NCBI GenBank assembly: GCA_963768425.1
Contig: CAVYHV010000010.1
Location: 32,001-96,000 of the forward strand
Origin: Candidatus Bathyarchaeota archaeon
GTDB lineage: Archaea; Thermoproteota; Bathyarchaeia; Bathyarchaeales; Bathycorpusculaceae
Direction of reading: 5' to 3'
Length of the DNA: 64,000 nt
The notes below the pieces were generated by a model. The model was not told the DNA's origin, searched no databases, and saw nothing but the letters and a program-made list of their open reading frames with translations. Positions 61,774 to 64,000 of the stretch are shown piece by piece. A program made the position numbers and the translations under genes. The first letter of the stretch is position 1. Every line of letters begins with the position of its first letter.

Positions 61774-62124
61774 TTAGTTTTCCGCTATCTCTCTTGCGAG
61801 TTCCTGTCTTTTCTTAAGTTGGTCTTTGAGAATGTCTCGTACGGTGTCGCATGCTTCATTGATCTTGGGATTAGTAACGCTATAGTAGATACTTGTTCCT
61901 TGCTTTCTCGTCTTGACAATGCCTATCTGCCGCATAAGTGCTAAGTGCTGAGAAAGGTTTGATTGACTTACGCCTATTATGTCAGTGAGTTCGTTTACGC
62001 TTTTTTCGCCGTCTTTGAGTATGTGTAGAATTGCTATTCTAATCGGGTTCGCAAGTGTTTTTGATATTGTTGCTTGCAAGTTGTAAAGCGTCATATCGAT
62101 TTTCGGTTTTTCCGTTTGCTTCAT
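61774..62124 (-). CDS. ArsR/SmtB-family repressor
   Basis: KTLANPIRIAIL..SQSNLSQHL..RKQGTSIYYS. Confidence 0.9.
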   Translation of the reverse strand: MKQTEKPKIDMTLYNLQATISKTLANPIRIAILHILKDGEKSVNELTDIIGVSQSNLSQHLALMRQIGIVKTRKQGTSIYYSVTNPKINEACDTVRDILKDQLKKRQELAREIAEN

Positions 62125-62147
62125 TAGAATATTATAATATTCTCATG
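62122..62147. promoter_or_regulatory. 12-2-12 ArsR-type operator overlapping the arsR start codon
   Basis: CATTAGAATATT-AT-AATATTCTCATG (11/12). Confidence 0.75.
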
Positions 62148-62202
62148 TCTTTTAAAGTTTTATTGAACAACGTTTAATTCCCTGAAAATTAGGTGTCTAC
62201 TT

Positions 62203-62862
62203 ATGAGACGAATTCATATCTTTCTCTTCGTCCTTTCGCTCACCTTAGCAGTTTTGTTAACTCTTGCATTAATGTCATGGTATTTTTCCGTTACAGCTTC
62301 GTCTTATTATGGGTCAAGTTGGATGAAGCAGATGTGGAGTGGAGCGGGTTACTCTGGAAACATTAGTAGTTATGCCGGAATGGGTGGTATGATGGGGAAC
62401 GGTGGCACAACAACCACTTCAACCTCATTCTTGTGGCTTATTCCTGCATTGTTGGGTACAGTAGTCGGTGTTGCCGTCGTTGGAGTCGCTTTCTATTATG
62501 CCTACCCAGAACTCAAGTACATCAGAGGAAACACAACATGCAATACCAGCACTTCTAACATTCAGTCTAAAACGAACACCACAAGCCCAGCAAGAGAAAC
62601 AAGAGCCAGTGCAGAGGTACCTAATGTTTCAAACAATTGCGATGTAATACTAAAAACGATGACTCCTGAAGAAAAGAAGGTTTTAGGTGTGATAGTTGCG
62701 CATCAGGGAAAGTACTTGCAAAAGTATGTTTCAAAGGAAGCTGGACTAAGTAGGCTTAAGACCCATCGGATTGTTGCTCGGTTTGCGCAACGTGGCATTG
62801 TTACTGTCAAAGAGTTTGGTAACACTAATGAGATAGTTGTTTCTGATTGGGTCAAAAGCTAA
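62203..62862 (+). CDS. Membrane-anchored protein with Met/Gly-rich loop and C-terminal wHTH
   Basis: Two TM helices around GMGGMMG; MTPEEKKVL..QKYV..GLSRLKTHRIVARF. Confidence 0.8.
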   Translation: MRRIHIFLFVLSLTLAVLLTLALMSWYFSVTASSYYGSSWMKQMWSGAGYSGNISSYAGMGGMMGNGGTTTTSTSFLWLIPALLGTVVGVAVVGVAFYYAYPELKYIRGNTTCNTSTSNIQSKTNTTSPARETRASAEVPNVSNNCDVILKTMTPEEKKVLGVIVAHQGKYLQKYVSKEAGLSRLKTHRIVARFAQRGIVTVKEFGNTNEIVVSDWVKS

Positions 62863-63357
62863 CACCTTGGCTATTCAATTGCACTTAGATTTGGGATTCT
62901 TGGGTTCCCGTTCTTTACGTTCGTTCGTTAGGAGTTCGGCGAATAATAGAGCCTCTTCACTGATCAATTTGTCAACGGTTTGCCAATGGCTAACTTTGAT
63001 TCTTTCAATGTTATCCGCCAACGCAAAACGGCGTCCAAGTACGTTTGAAAAAAAATAATGGTATCTTTCTGTCGTTTGCTTCTAGTGATTAAAAGAGTTG
63101 TCATGTAACAGTCACATATTTTTAAATACGTTATCCACTAAGAATGTGAACTTGGAATAAGTCAAGTGTTAAAAAATTCTGGCGCTATTAAGTAAACTAA
63201 GCTACCTGTGCAAAGACATTGGAAGAAAAAGGTAAAGGATTAATCAAGTTAAGATGATTCAAGAACCCCTTTTGATGCAAGCGCATGTTTAATTAAACAT
63301 CTTTGGTTCGGCTTCTAATAGATTAAACCGAATCAAGAAAAAGTTAGGATAAAAAAC

Positions 63358-64000
63358 ATGAAGAAAACACAAACCCTACTAATCGCATTTCTAATTTTAT
63401 TATTAATCTGCGCCTTCTCGAGCGGTTTTTGGACTACTAAGGTTACGGCAATTGGCGCAGCCGCACCAGCGGCGAAACTAAAACCGACACCCACACCAAA
63501 AGCAACACCCACACCAACACCTAAACCAACACCAACCCCAACTTCTAGTCCCACTCCAACTCCTGTCCCAACCCCTTCACCAACTCCCCAACCAACACGA
63601 ACCCCAACACCGACCCCAACTCCCACCCCAACACCAACACCTGAGCCAACCGCAACTCCGACACCAACGCCTAGCCCAACACCCACACCAACACCAACGC
63701 CAACGGCATCACCAACTCAGCCCCCGACACCTACCCCAACACCAACAATAACCCCAACGGACACACCCACAGCTATTCCCACTTCATCACCATCTCCAAC
63801 GCCAACTCCCACTCCAACTTCTATTCCAACCCCAACACCGACAAAAATGACATCGCCTAATCCAACCCCCACAGCAACAACAATACCAGTGACGCTAGGC
63901 AGTGGTGCTATAGTTGACCTTTCTGTCAGCGGAAACGTAAGTAGTTCACAGATATCCAACGCTTTGATCACATCAAACCAGACAAAAATAGCCACAGTGC
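63358..64000 (+). CDS. Secreted Pro/Thr-rich (PT-repeat) surface protein, 3'-truncated; missing from the ORF track
   Basis: ATG at 63358, signal peptide [18 protein letters not shown], about 130 aa of (PT)n, frame open to the window end. Confidence 0.85.
   Translation, partial: MKKTQTLLIAFLILLLICAFSSGFWTTKVTAIGAAAPAAKLKPTPTPKATPTPTPKPTPTPTSSPTPTPVPTPSPTPQPTRTPTPTPTPTPTPTPEPTATPTPTPSPTPTPTPTPTASPTQPPTPTPTPTITPTDTPTAIPTSSPSPTPTPTPTSIPTPTPTKMTSPNPTPTATTIPVTLGSGAIVDLSVSGNVSSSQISNALITSNQTKIATV

Noticed and set aside
63333-63995. Minus-strand Gly-Val repeat ORFs
   Set aside because: Antisense shadow of the plus-strand PT-repeat gene.
1-64000. CRISPR array, rRNA, IS element, integrase or provirus
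   Set aside because: No regularly spaced repeats, rRNA signatures, transposase/recombinase motifs or virion genes were found by reading.

Overview
Archaeal chromosomal window. The gene content points to Candidatus Bathyarchaeia: two large PQQ-like beta-propeller surface proteins, TrmB and wHTH regulators, trm1, a bacterial-type ATP-PfkA and an intron-containing tRNA. This assignment is inferred, not tested. Housekeeping blocks (aspartate kinase, proC, trm1, NTPase, GT4 glycosyltransferase, pfkA, a ModB/WtpB-like ABC importer, polyprenyl synthase) alternate with accessory blocks (two VapBC modules, AlkA, ABC-2 exporters, a TIR-like protein, an archaeal AAA ATPase, haloalkane dehalogenase). There are two intact tRNAs: Tyr(GTA), with two BHB introns around a 7-nt exon, and Gly(GCC). 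The most unusual structure is a set of decayed tRNA copies at accessory-block boundaries with no integrase in the window. These are two tRNA-Ala 3' copies bracketing a TA module, near-full-length decayed tRNA-Gly(CCC) and Gly(TCC) genes about 7 kb and 13.6 kb downstream of the intact Gly(GCC), and one more 3' scar. Other notable items are a TIR-like protein whose conserved active-site motifs are all substituted, a plant DCD-like domain protein, a p24/GOLD-like membrane protein, a perfect 28-bp DtxR/SirR-like palindrome and several clear operators. Many genes carry 1-bp indels, mostly in short homopolymers and concentrated at 39-44 kb; these are probably long-read assembly errors. No CRISPR array, rRNA, transposase or integrase was seen.
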